From Vitrella brassicaformis CCMP3155 (Eukaryota > Protista > Chromerida), in contig CDMY01000399.1 of assembly GCA_001179505.1 (NCBI GenBank), forward strand, positions 22,685 to 86,684: DNA of 64,000 nucleotides, read 5' to 3'. Numbering within the stretch: position 1 is the first letter of the stretch; each line of letters begins with the position of its first letter. Shown in pieces: positions 25,201-38,500 of the stretch. The notes below the pieces were generated by a model that did no database searches, was not told the origin of the DNA, and worked only from the letters and a program-made list of their open reading frames with translations. A program made the position numbers and the translations under genes.

Positions 25201-28200
25201 GAGACCAAGCAAAAACAGGTTGTTTGTCTGACGGCTCTCGAGCGTGTGTGTGCTGACGTGCGTACGTCTGCACTGTATGCCGGTGAGTGTCCAGACGCCA
25301 TCCTGACAGTCAGTGCTGTCCATCGGCCGCGAGAGAGTCGACATGAATCCCCCTGTGGTGTTGCAAGTGACTAGAAGCCGGTTGCCGTGGATGTAGAGAG
25401 GCAGCGACCTGTTCTTCTCGTCGACTCGGGGCACGTTCTCCCCCGACGGCGGCGTGTTGGCGAGTGAGTCTGATATGACGTAGCGGAATGGCTCCTCGTC
25501 TGGGCGGTACAGACGAAGGTCTATCTGGGCCAGGCACGGACCTGCGCACACACACACATCCATCCATCCATCCATATCTCACTGTCCGTCTTGGTGTCTG
25601 TCCGTCTGTGTGGTGCTGTCATATACGTGGGCATGATAGTGTGGACCGTTCCCACTCGCCGTCGTTGCACCTGACCGTCTCGTTCTCTGGCGCCGGGTGG
25701 GGGCAGTACTTGGACTCGCACTTGAGGATGAATGCCGTCCCGTGGCGCGAGCAGCTGTCACCACCCGCATAAAAGGGAGACGCCTTGTCCTTCTGCACAC
25801 ACAACATACCACCGCCTGTGGTGCCGTGGTGGGGTGTGCCTCGATCGCCTGCTTGCTTGTCTGAGTTGGTCTTTGGTCATGCATGGCCCGGGCGGCTCGC
25901 ACTTCATGCGGTTCCCTCTTGTCGGCTTCACAAACGGCGGACACCGACGATGGCAGAAGTGCTGCATGTCGGTCCACACAGCGTTGCGGCACTGCACGTC
26001 GCACTGGTGCTTGCTGCAGTCCTCCACGTCCCTTGGAATCCACTCGGGATCGGTCTCACGCATGGTCGCCAGATGCTTCCGCATCTGTGTCATGGGGCTG
26101 GCAAGGTCATACTCGCCCTTGCACATCAGCTTCATGAACGAGCCGTCGTCGTAGAGCTTCGTTCGGTCGAGCGGCTCGTAGAAGAACCGATCAAGAGTCT
26201 CGTTGAGCGTGTCGGCTCCCCCTCCCCCGCCGACAGAGAATTGAGGGCCGGGTGCCTGCTCCTCCTCCTCGTCTTTCCCTGGCTCAGACGGACGGCCGCT
26301 GAAGAGCACCTCATACCGCGCTGGGCTTAGCTCCCAGAAGGCGTCGCCGCGACACTGGGCTGCACACAGAGACGAGAAAGCGCCCTCATCTGTTGATTTG
26401 CTTCTCTGTCTCCTTCGTGCTGTGCTCACGTTTGCACCGGATGGCCTGTCGCGACCAGGTCCCATTGAGGCACCGCACCATGTCTGGCTCGTCGGACTTC
26501 CACTCGGGGTCGCTCCAGCCCTCCACACACCTGATGAACCGCTGGCTATTGTGGCGGAAGTAGGGCTCCACCGCTCGCATGGCGGCCTTGGCCTCCGCTG
26601 ATGGACTGGCCATGTAGTTGAAACCCTGCTGGTCGACCTTGAGCTCCTCTGGCGCGAATGTGGGAACCGGGGAGGAGACATACATTTGGGGTGGGCTGAA
26701 GGGCGACTGGTAGGGGAGACACCGCTCTGTGCAAAGCAAACACACCAGACGACAGATGGCTGCGCTGCTGTGTGAGCGTGTGAATGGTCGGCTGGTCGGT
26801 TAGTTACTTCTGCATTGCATGGCGATGTGTTCGAACCGGCCGTTGTCACACGTGATGGCCTCTACGTGGTCATAGCCCACAGGGGGCAGCGCAGTGAAAC
26901 CACTGACGATCTCGTCGCTGTCTGAAGGGCACGGAGACATGCGAATGGTGAAGGGGTGAGGGGGCAGGTGGAAGAGCGTGTTTGCCTTTGCATTGAATGT
27001 AGGCGGTCTCCCCGTGCGTGTACAAGGCTTTGCTGTCGTCTGATGGGGGCGCATACACCACACCAGGCCGGAAGAACCGAGACAGCGGGGCCACACACGG
27101 ATCTGCACACACATCACATACACCCAGACACCGCAGCCACTGCTGCATTGTGTTCCACCCACCCCGCCACCCATCCGTCTATGGCTGACCTTTGCAATCG
27201 AACTCCCTCGGCGTCCAGTTGCCGTCGAGGCAGCTCAGTGTGGTGCATTCGTTGCTGCTGAAGGCCGGCTTCCAAGTGGTGCCCCTATCGTCCCCATCCG
27301 CCCCACAGCTGATGCTCCGCCACTCGCGCGGCTGCACATCGGGTGTCTCATCCTTGGCACACCCGAACTTGACGCAGGACGAGTGGCGGGGAAAGTCGCT
27401 CAGATGGACGCCGAGGGCGAGGGCGGCGGGTGTGGACCCCTGTGGGCGGACGATGCCCTCACAGGCCCGATCATCCGTCAGCTGGGTGGCGTCTTCCAGC
27501 TGACGGAAGGCGTACCTCTTGAGGTCGACCACCTCACTAAGATCGCGACACGTCTCTGCATACACAGGCAGGGAGGGGCGATCGTATGTGTGTCAGCGTG
27601 ATGGGCCTCGCTCACTTTTGCAGGTGAGATAGGGATCGGGTTCGCTCCATTTGCCGTTCTGGCAGGCGATGGTTGCGATGTCGACGTTCTCCCCGGCCCT
27701 GTGTTTGGTTCCCTCTGTGATGTTGAAGTAGCCCCTTTTGTTTGCGCATCTCACTCGAATCCTCTCTTGGTGGTTGTACAGGTCCTTGTACTTGTCCAGC
27801 CGCTCAAACGACAATACCGCTTCGGGTGTGGCCGTGAGCTCGGGGGCCTTGCACTCCCCTGACACAGACACACACACACGCACACACACGAACACCTCCT
27901 GCCCCTTTTCCCCCTCTGTCTATGGATGTGTGTGGGGTACTTACTTGTGCAGACGAATGGTGGTGGCACGGGCGTGAAGGTGCCGTTAGAGCAGACAGCC
28001 GAGACGAAGCCCGGCTGGGCTGGGGAAGGGGCAGTGTCGTTGACGAGGGAGCACCTGACAGTGACGTGTGTGCCGTGGGGATACGGGAGGGTGGCGTGGC
28101 CTTGGGGCGGCTGGATGGAGTAGAACGAGGGGTTGCGGATCTCGTGAAGCGGGTAGTCCTCACACGGAGCTGACACACACACATCCATCCATCCGACCAT

Positions 28201-31200
28201 GCCATGATACACACGTCCATGGATGCACCTTTCCAGGGAGCTCTGTGTGTCCCTTCCCCCCCCCTCCCCCCCGACGCCCCACCCACCCATGCACTCGAAG
28301 GGCGCCCCGGTGATGCGCCCCCGGTCACATGTGAGGACGTCGGTGCGGTCCACGGCACCCCCGTTGGGCGCCAACTTCTTCCTCTGGCTGCACTGCAAAG
28401 TCAGCTGCATCCCGTGGGGCTGGAAGGGCTGCTGCAGCAGCTCCTGTATCTTGGCCGCATCGCTGACGGCCACACTCTCCCATGGCACGGCGCCGCGCGC
28501 AGCGGGGAACGCGGCGGGGTCGAGGGACGATGCGCGGCGAGTCATCTTGGGGTAGGTGTAGGCCTCCGTTGGGAAGAGGGGCTGGACGGTGGGGCAGTCA
28601 GGTCCGCAGATAAGGTTCTGTTTGCTCCACTGCCCCTCGTTGCAGACGATGTCCATCTCATCCGGGCCCACGATCGGGTGGAAGTGCTTGGACGTGGCGC
28701 ATGCGATGGTCACCCTCGTGCCGTGGGGGGACGGGCCACGCAGCACCGACTCGTCGCTGATGACGTACATGTCGCTCACCGCCCCTGGTTGGGGCACGCT
28801 GTTCTCCGGCCACACGTAGGTCGTTTGGGGCGCCAGGGTCGCCGAGACGTCCTTCAAGGAAAAGGGAGGGCACCCCACTGACACACAGAGACAAAAAGGA
28901 ATCGGAGGCAGCCATGAGAGTGTCTTCCTCAGTGTACGGTGGCAGGCAATGTGCAAAGGCGTCCAGTGGCCCTCGACGCACGCCAGCTCCTGCTGCTCAT
29001 TGGCCGACGCCAGATTGCCCGTCGTCTTGCTGGGGTCCCTCTGGCACTCGATCGTCACCTTGAAGCCGTATCTGAACGAGGCCGCCTTCAAGAGCTCATC
29101 CTGCGGCGGGTGCGTCATGAAGCGGTCGTCCGCTAGTTTCTGCCAGGGGCCGCAGTCCTCCTTGCATCTCAAGGTGAGGTCCGTCCACTGCCCGTTGCTG
29201 CACACGGTGGTCTGGTGGTCGGGCATGTTCTCATCGGCGGAGTGGGAGTTGGCGGCACACCGAACGTTGGCTGTGGTGGAGTGGCGGAATGGGGGGTGGG
29301 GGGGACCGGTGAATGGCACATTGTACTCGAGGCTGTACTTGATCGCCTCCTCTTTCTTGATCGGCGGGCCGCTCGTGCACATTGCTGGGCGCACAGAGGG
29401 AGGGAGACGGGTGTCGCGTAAATGTGTGTCTCTGCAAGGGGGCCTGGCCTACTGGAGCATCTGTAGTCCTGTCGCGTGTACTCGTCTTCAGGCGGCCACG
29501 CCCTCCCCGTGCACTTGACCAGCTCCACCTCAGGGTCACCCACCGCACGCGCAAACCCCCCCGTCTCGTTGCATGTGATCCGCATTTGGCCAAGGTAAGG
29601 CACCTCGTACTCGGTGGCATTGACCCCCTCCAGCACGTAGTGATGCACATTCTGCCGAAGACGGAACAATGGGCAGTGGCCTGACACACACACACGCCAG
29701 GCACCCACCATGTTTGCTGGGGCGCGGTGCACGGCTTTGCTTACCGGCGCACTCGAGCAAGAGAGCGGTCCACTCGCCGCCGACGCAGTAGATGTACTGG
29801 AACTTCTGTTGGAATGCGGCATTGACGGGCTGCGCGTAGTCGGGCATGCACATGACCTTCCGCGATGCCCCCTCCATCCTGCCGATGTCCTGCCCCTCGA
29901 CCTTGTACCGCACAGCCGATATCGGGTGCTCGTAGAAGGGCGGCTCCAGGATGTCATGCGGACACATCTCCTTGCACTGCAAGTCCATCACGTCCAGTAT
30001 GCCGTCGTTGCAGAAGAGCGCCGTCTCGCTTTGCATCCCCAGTGGCGGGAGGTAGCTGTCGCCGCACTGCAGCTGGGCGCTCTCGCCGTGCCGCAGCTTG
30101 GTCGGCCGACGGGGGCTTAGCAGGCGATAGAGAGGCCGCTGCTCCAACATCGGTGCTGTTCCACCAATCCAGCCTAGTGGGGTCACTTGCACACACACAT
30201 ATATAGAGAGAGAAAGATGACAACAGGGCGAGATTGGATGGCGTGTTGTGTGATTGTTCCGCTCACTGAGGCAATCCAGAATCCGTGGCGGGAGCTCCCC
30301 GCTCTTAACTGCCCCACACTTGACAATGTCCGTGTCGACGAAGCCGTGGTAGGTGGCACCCGACTTGGTGGTGGGCAGCCCCTCATCCCCTGTGGCGCAC
30401 TTGAGCGTGAGCACACCACCGAAGGGCATGGATCGCTCCAGTGCTCTGTAGGTGAAGGGAGACGTGTCACTGGAGCGGCCGAGGTATGCTTCTGAGGGGG
30501 CGCCCTGGCTGGCCAGGGCCTTGATGTAGGGCGGGCACTTCTCTGGCACACGTGAGACATCACGATATGCAGTCGGGCTGCATTTTGTGTCTCTGTCTCT
30601 CTGTGTGTGTTACTTTTGCAGTTGCACGAGCAGTCGTCTGGCGTCTTTTCGGGGTCGCACTCCTCCGTCTCGGCATCGACCTCACCATCGCCACAGCGCT
30701 GAACGAGATCTGACCCACACACACACAGAGACGGCCACATGAGAGAATGAATGTGTGTAGGCATCAGATCAGCTCTCTCTTTGCCCACTGAGAAGGTCGG
30801 CCGCTTGGTCCGTAGCTCCCTTCATGTCTTTGACGAGCCGCCCCTGGTTAGTGTAGTGCATGTACCGCACCCGGCCCCTAAAGCAATTATTCTGAAAGTA
30901 TTCAGAAAAACACCAATCTATTCGGGCAGTTTATTGCATCATAGCTCAGAAGTATATCTGATAAGGCTTTCTTACGCCCCGGTGATCGCACCCCAGCGAC
31001 AGGGGGCTCGGCGTCAGCATGTTCGCCGCGATTTTGGCCGGCACAGCCACCTCCCCCGCCAGCCTGCCCATCTTGAAGATCTGCAGTGTCGACTGCGACA
31101 TCACAAAGTGGTAGAGAAACCCAGCGGCCGACCGCCAGCAGACGCGGATCATGCCTTTGGGCGGGTCGGGGTCCGTTACATTGGTGGGCGTGTGAATGTC

Positions 31201-32057
31201 GATCAAACCAAGGTACACCGACTCAGGATCCACCTCGATCGTCGTGCCCTCAGCGTCTTGATGGACGGTGTATGCGGCCGATGCGCCCAGCCGGAAGCCC
31301 CAGAAGTTGTCGAGAAAGACGACTGGCTGCCCTGGTGGGGGAGGCCGGTCGAACGCCAGGAGAAGGGCGAAGGTGAATCCCTCGCTTTGGGACTCGGCCC
31401 ATCGGTAGCAAACGCGCAAATGGCCGCTTGGTGGCGTGATGAGATACCGACCAGGCCCGAATCCTGCATTAAGATTGACATTACATCATGAGAGCAGTGA
31501 GTGCAGGACTTAACTGACTTCACTCACTTGTCCTTACCAATCCATGTGACGACACCGCCTGTGTGTGGGTCATCTCTGCAGCCACAAGGAAACCCGGCAC
31601 AGCCACGTACGGTACCGAAATGTCAGTCTGTGTGCATTGATAGCATATGAGCTTACGACTGGTGCAGCAGCGGCGGATGGTCCTCTGCATCAAACACCTG
31701 CATATTGACGCCCAGCGCCCGGTCCCGCCAGCTCCACGGCAGCCACTTGTCCTCAGCCGAAACCTTCAGCGATATCACCTCCGCCCGACGCACATCGCAC
31801 TCGGGCACCTTGTCGCCCTTCTCCAGCTCAGCCTCCACCTCCTTCCACCGATTCTCGCCTATCTGCGCCCGCAGCACATCCGAATCGGACGGCGCCGGCT
31901 GCTGCTGCCGTACCAATTTATGGCTCTGTATTGCGCTGAGCCGCCCGACCTCTGCACTGCTGCCTGGGCCGCTTTGCAGTGGCTGGCTGGCCGATACAGT
32001 GATGAAGACAGCGCAGGTGACGGCGAAGATGGGGAGCGAAATGCGCCGGGCCGCCAT
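22178..32057 (-). CDS. Giant secreted protein: signal peptide, LamG-like, CGDG..EECD Cys repeat, ~20 Sushi/CCP-like modules, C2 domain, IPT/TIG-like start
   Basis: Signal peptide MAARRISLPIFAVTCAVFITVSASQ. LamG-like LYHFVMSQSTLQIFKMGRL..PLSLG..CFRGRVRYMHY. RCGDGEVDAETEECDPEKTPDDCSCNC. Repeated C..(Y/R)HG.....C.....C..G.W....L.C modules (about 20 by eye, 30.5-23.7 kb). C2 motifs DDDLVGVGDFY and LALWDQDPIKDDFVG..GRVTITAQY. SPYHG..GRNITVRGGGF. Confidence 0.85.
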
Positions 32058-32588
32058 GTGAAGGCGGGCGCTGATGATTGAATGCAGGCGCTTCGCGGAA
32101 AAAAGGGAAGACAGACGAGACGCGGACACCCCGCCCACAAGCTAAGCTCGCAGGGAGAGAGGGGAGGGAGGGAGGGAGGGAGGGAGGGAGGGAGGAGGGA
32201 GCGGCAGAGGTATCATTTAGTGCCGTGCATGGCCTGTTCCGACAGAGGAATCCCATCGCATCAGACCCCTGTCTGTCTGTTTAATTAATGTCTGTCTGTC
32301 TGTCTGTACAAAACGGATACATGTGTGTGTACTGTACGTACGTATGTATGTTTCTGTCTCTGTCTCTTCATGCCTCCTTCCTTCCCATGCCGGGTGGTGC
32401 CCCATCACCCGGCCGCAACGCCCCAACCCGCCCCGATCCCGAGCTCATTGTCAGCTCACTTCCCCGCCTAGCTATACACATACATTCACCAGTCAGTCGC
32501 AGCCAGCCAGCCATCCATATGTATTGAGCAAATCTGTCACCCACTGTCCCAGCAGGCAGGGCCCGGCGGGCGCCTGTCCATCACTCCA

Positions 32589-33791
32589 TCACATGATGGC
32601 GCAGCATCTGCGGTTCACCTTCTGGGCCGTTTTGAAGAACGCCTTGGAAGAAGCTGCACACACCGCACACGTGCACACAGTAGTGTACTTGTGTAGAAGT
32701 CTGATTATTGACAATTAGTGAGTGAGAGTGGCTTTCTGTGCACTGCACCACCCCGCCACTCACTCACCTGAGAGGTCATCGCTCTTGGCCACCAGTGCGT
32801 CGAGATTCTCACCCCGCTTCAGAATGTTCTTCATCGTGGTGTGCATGATGTCCTGATCAGTGAGTGGACCAATCACACACACACACGCACACACGCGCAC
32901 ACACAAATGGTGATATATCGACCATTTACTGTGCTGCCGCGCGCGCATCTGTCTGCTGCAGGTGGGTACCTTGGTCTCGTCGACCTTCTGTTGTGTTCTG
33001 CTGAGCGCATCGACTTGTGTGGGGTCCTGCACTGACCACAGGCCCATAGCAACAGGCAGGAGCTCATGGCGGCGTGCAACACACCCTGCTCCCCCACCTG
33101 GTAGAGCTTGAGGATGCCCATGAGCTCCGTGTTCCAGCTCCTGGAGAGGGCGAAGTCCCTGCCGGCAATCCGCCACTCGCCTGAAGGGTAGGCCTCCAAG
33201 AAATCCTCACGCACCTGAGCCACACCCTTGTACGCCACCCTGCACACACGCACACGCAGCTCCACATGGATGCCCGGCCACTTGTGTGTGTGTGTGTGCC
33301 TGCCTCTGTGGGTATTCGTCGCTGGCAATGAAGACGATGGCGATGCCGTCGCGGTACCTAAGGCAGTGCGCCACCCACTCCTCCTCATGCTCGACGGACT
33401 GACGACGGTCGACAACCAACTGCACACACACACACACACACACAGAGTCAGGTTGTCTGAGCAGGGGAGGAGGGACGCATTGCTTGTGTATGTGTTCCAT
33501 GCACGGGAGCATACTTACGTGTGGAATTGCGGTGCGTGCGAGGAAGTTGCAGGTCTCCTTCATCGCCGAACGCTCCAGGAAAGGAAAACTGAACAATCAC
33601 ACAAACACACAATCACACACACACATCCCATACATGACGGCATGTCGGGGCTTCCTTCGTGTGTGTCGGATTGGATTGTCTCCTCACCATGACACGTCGT
33701 GTGCTGCCGCGAGAAATATGACGGTGTCGTCGCCGGGCGGGCACCTGGCGACGATGAGACCGATGGCATGAGGGCCCGCACGAGGCGCCAT
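32589..33791 (-). CDS. YKT6: Longin R-SNARE Ykt6
   Basis: FSFPFLERSAMKETCNFLART, VAHCLRYRDGIAIVFIASDEYP, RVAYK, YQDPTQVDALSRTQQKVDETK, IMHTTMKNILKRGENLDALVAKSDDLS, and C-terminal FFKTAQKVNRRCCAIM* (prenylation CCaaX typical of Ykt6). Confidence 0.93.
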
Positions 33792-34193
33792 CGCTCATGC
33801 TATAAGGGCACTATGAATGAATCAACAATCGCTTGTGAACCAAGCTGGAGTGCTGGCTGACGCGCGCCCTGACCCTTCTCCCTCTCTCCCTCCCCTGAAA
33901 TTCCCTCTGTTCGCGAGCTTTATTGCGAGCTCAGATGTGGGATACTCTGAGAGAGATCTGGCAGCGATAGGCAGAGCAGCGCACTCGTAGCGTCGGCCTG
34001 AGAGGTTCTGAAGAGAGATCTGACTGCATCAGCATCGGAAGGTTTTCCTACTTCTTTGCTCGCAAGGGAGAGCCTCACGCGGCGACGAGTGGGTGAGTTT
34101 CAGCCCGTCTATCTATCGGCCTTGCAGCTGACGACTCAGCTGTCTGTCAACAGTCTATCGGGACCTCTGGAGCCTGTTACGACGCTACGCGAG

Positions 34194-35558
34194 ATGTTGG
34201 GCGCCGCTGATGTGGAGGAGGAGCATGTGCCCGTGTGGAACCTCACCGTGGAGCTCCCCAACGGCTGCACCATTCCATTCGGTAGAGAAAGGAGATGGGC
34301 TGGCTGCGAGGGTGCATGTGACGTGGATCGGGGTGTGTGTGTGTGTGTGTGTGCATGTGCAGAGATGTCCCCTGCCGCCACTGTGGGGGAGCTGAGGGCC
34401 GAGGTGAACGACCTCACGCCCGCATGCTTCCTCACGGCAGTGCACGTGAGACGCGGCAACACGCAGAGACACTCACTCATGTGTGTGGAGATCGTGTGTG
34501 TCTGGTCTGGTCTGCGTTGCCTTGTGTGCAGCTGGAGTGCGATGGCGCCGTGCTGATGGACGAGGTGCAGCTGAGGGCGGACCCTCGCATCTATGACGGG
34601 GCAACCATCAAGCTTGTCGACGGTCAGTCAGTCAGCACACACAGCCGGTTGCAACCACGCCCCACCACGCACACACGCCATATGTGCTGTGTTTCTCCCC
34701 ATCAGATCGCTACACCGACGCGGGTGTGCGGCGCCACGTGAGACGGCTCCGGCAGGTCATGAGCGGCAAGTGCACCCTCACTGCAGCCGAGCCGTCGATG
34801 CAGCCCCCCCAGCCCACCCAACCCCCCGACAGCAGCGCCACACCCGCCGGCAAGGGCAGCAAGGCGGCGTCAAGGGCATCAGGTGGCAAAAAGAGAGACA
34901 AGCGACGGCGGCCGAGGCGTGAAGACGCCGAGAGTGAGGCACCTGAGACCCAGAGAGATGACGGTGGGGGCAGTGGCAGTGGTGGCGGTGGTGCGTTTGG
35001 TGAGGTGGGTGAGGCGGACGGGTTTGAGCCGCAGGACCTGATCGACGAGAAGCCTGAGGACGTGCTAGCCGTGCTGCTGGGGCCCAAACCCGGCAAAAGG
35101 GAACGGACACAAGGGGTGGCCATGAAGGTCAGCCACAGCACGGCCAGCAATCTCATCTCCCGGCGCTCTGCTCTCACAGGCTGATTGTATTCCCCCGTGT
35201 GTGTGTGTGTGTGCAGGGTGTGCAGTGGCTTCGTTCGAGCGGCTTCAACCCTCCCCCCTCCAGCAGGCGGCTCCGTGGCGAGATCTGGTACTACGAGGCC
35301 CTCACCCTCGAAGGCACTCTCCTGCACATCGTCGCCACCGAGAACGGATTCACCCTCTCCAGTGCACAGCCGCAGACACAGCCGGCCACGGCAGCGGCAG
35401 ATGGGGGAGCAGCAGAGTCCACTAGCAGCCCGGAGGCTAGCAGCACTGCAGCGCCCTTCGATGCGCGCGGGGACGGCAAGAGGGCGAGAGACGCACGCAG
35501 GAGGGGAAATGGTACGAACGAACAAACGGGTCACAGAGAGACAGAGAGACACCACGCA

Positions 35559-35591
<33 letters not shown>

Positions 35592-38500
35592 TGTGTGTGC
35601 AGATCGGTCGCTGGAGACCCCTGACAGCAACGGCAAGAGCGGTGCAGTGACGCCCACCGCTGCACCCACGCCCAATGGCGGCGGGCCGTTATCCCCAGCC
35701 CTGTCTTCACCCACACAGCTGCCCCCATCGCCATACAGACGGCTGGACGACGTCTACCCCCTGCCGGTGCCGGCCGCACCAACCTCCCCACCACCGTGCC
35801 CCACCACGCCCATCGGTACAAACAAAGGCCTGCCGTGCAGTGCACGCCTGAGCACCTTTGTTATGTGACTTGTGATGGCTGCAGGTGGGTCGTCACCGCC
35901 GCCGCCTTCCTTGTCAGGAGGTCAGTCGGCCTCTCCCTGGCTGGGCCTCACTGTCAGCGGCGATATGGGCGCCGGCGGCACGATGGGCGTGGCGGCTGCC
36001 GAAGGGGGCGGCAGAGTGTGCTTCACCCTACTTGCCGACCTGCTGGCGCACTACAGCCCGGCGTTTGCGTCAGCACTGGTGCGGGTGGCGGTTGAGGCGC
36101 CGCCAGCGCAGGCCTCGCCGCTCGACAGGCGGTCCTACCTCGCGTCACTGAGAGTGCCGCCCTTCGCCGGACCCTGGGTCGTCAGAGGTGGCACAGCCAG
36201 TGCTGCTGATGGGGAAGATGCGGACACGGTGGGTGAACAGACAGAAGGGCAGCACAGAGAGAGAGAGGGCGTGGTGTGTGTGGTGTGGTGTGGTGTGGTG
36301 TGTGTGTAGGATGATGACCATCCGTTTAGTCCGGATCGTGTGGAGGGCGTGCTTGAGTGTGAGGCGGTGGGTGCGGCGGCGCCTCAGCGTGACTGGAATG
36401 AGGAGCTCCAGCGGATCCGTGAGATGCCATCCGACACAGAATTCGCCAAGCGCGTCAGAGACAAGGCATTCACCCAGGTACGTGCGTGAGGGCTGGCGGA
36501 CACGGAGAACCAGGGAGGGACATCTTTCGCTTTGTCTGTTGACGTCTTGTGGTGTGGTGTGGTGGGATCAGTACTACTCGTCGTTCACACAGGCGTCGGG
36601 TGCGACGGCGATGCGGATCCGCCACGGGATGGTGGAGCCCTACCCCACACACAGGTCCATCCACGGACCCACCGCACCACCACACGCACCCACGGTAAGG
36701 CACACACACGCACACACAGGGGACAGCACTCACCGCCCCCAGAAAGGATCAAGCTGCCTGCCTCTCATGTCGTGTCATGTGTGTGGTGTGCAGGTGCCTC
36801 CGTGTGACGACGCATCGAAGCCGGTCTACGTCGACAACGGCCTGCTCTTCACCGCCGCTGGATTTGCTGAGGAAGACGACACAGACACGGGTACACACAG
36901 GGGTGGGTGGGTGAGGCGCCATGCATGGCCATCACACACACATGCATGTGTATGTGTTGGTGGTGGATGGATGGATGGATGGCAGCTGCCCCGTTCACCC
37001 CCGTCCCTCCCCGACTCCCCGCCCATTGCCGCGGCCTCGGGCGCCATCTCGGCCGACCCCCACACAGACGTGACGTCGCTCGCACGCAAGCAAGCGCCAC
37101 ACAGCTCATTGGCAACATCGACAACTACGATACCGACATGGCTACCTCTGCTGCTGCTGGTGGGGCTGATGGCGAGACCCACAAAGCCGCTGATCAGGTG
37201 GACTTCTCCGATCCGAAGGACTCGGCGCACAGGCGTTTCGAGCGGAGGATGGCCGAGAGGCGGCGAGAGCTGACGGAGGAGATCCGGGAGAGCCGCGCCA
37301 TGGCGATCGCCATCGAGGGCGACGAGGGTGAGAACGCCTTGGTGCAGAGGGAGGTGGAGAAGCAGCTGCAGAAGGAGAGGAGGGCGATACTGGCGTCGTG
37401 CTTCCCTGGCGGCATCTGTCCCGGCGTACCTCCGACGAGCCAGGCCACCAAAGACAAGAACGTGTACACGCCTGCCGTGTGTGTGGTGGACTATGGGGGC
37501 GTGAGGTTCCTGGCCGAGAGCCTTATCCCTGGGGCGCTTGACGCACGGCCGGAGAGGTCAGAGGGAGGGCTGGCAGAGATGGATGGGGCGGTGCGGTGAT
37601 AGCGGTGCGGTGATACTCGAGTGTGTTGTGTGTGCTGTGCAGTGTGGTGTATGGTCTGTCGGGTAAGAGGGAGTTCGGTGTGCCGTCGGCGGAGACCAAG
37701 AAGCTGCTGTGGAAGAAGGTACACCATACGTCTGAGCTGCTCACTGCAACGCGACACGGTTGTGGAACGAACGAATGCATGGCATGGCTGTGCGTCAGGT
37801 GGGTCGGCACATGGCCTATCAGCCTCACGACATCGTCGACAAAGATGGGCAACAGGTGGGTGGGTGCACACTCAACTCACACGTGTGTGGGGGTTGTCTG
37901 TCTGTCTGTCTGTCTGTCTCACACGTGTGTGTGTGTTTGTGTATGTGTGTGTGTATGTATCAGCACCGTGTGTTGCTGCCTTGCGAGAGCAAGCTCTTCC
38001 GGGGCACTGACGGGCGGCAATATCTCACCGGCTTGCAGAAGGCCACACCAAGAGACCTCAACAGGTGACAACGAGCCGCACACCACACAACACAACACAA
38101 GATCCAGCCTTTCTCTGGTCCCCCTCCCTCCCCCCGTTGCCCCCCTGCCCCGCGCAGCCCCTCCCCGCGCGACGCGTCCTTCATCCTTCGCCCCGAGATC
38201 GTGTGCGACTACCTCCAGCGGCGGCAAACGCATTTACAGAAGCGCGACAACATCAAGAAGGAGGCCACCATCACCCCCTCAACCACCACAGAGGCAGAGG
38301 ACACGCCATCCGCCCCATCCAACTCCACCAACAACACCAGCAGTGGCGCATCCACGGCGGCTCACGATGCGTGGGATCCCCCCTCTGATGACGAGATTGA
38401 GGACGAGGAGAGTGCCTGGATGGGTCAGTGCGACCGTGAGCTGCAGGAGCAGATCAAGAAGCGGCAGTACCAGACCCGCCAGCCGGTGGAGCACCGGTAC

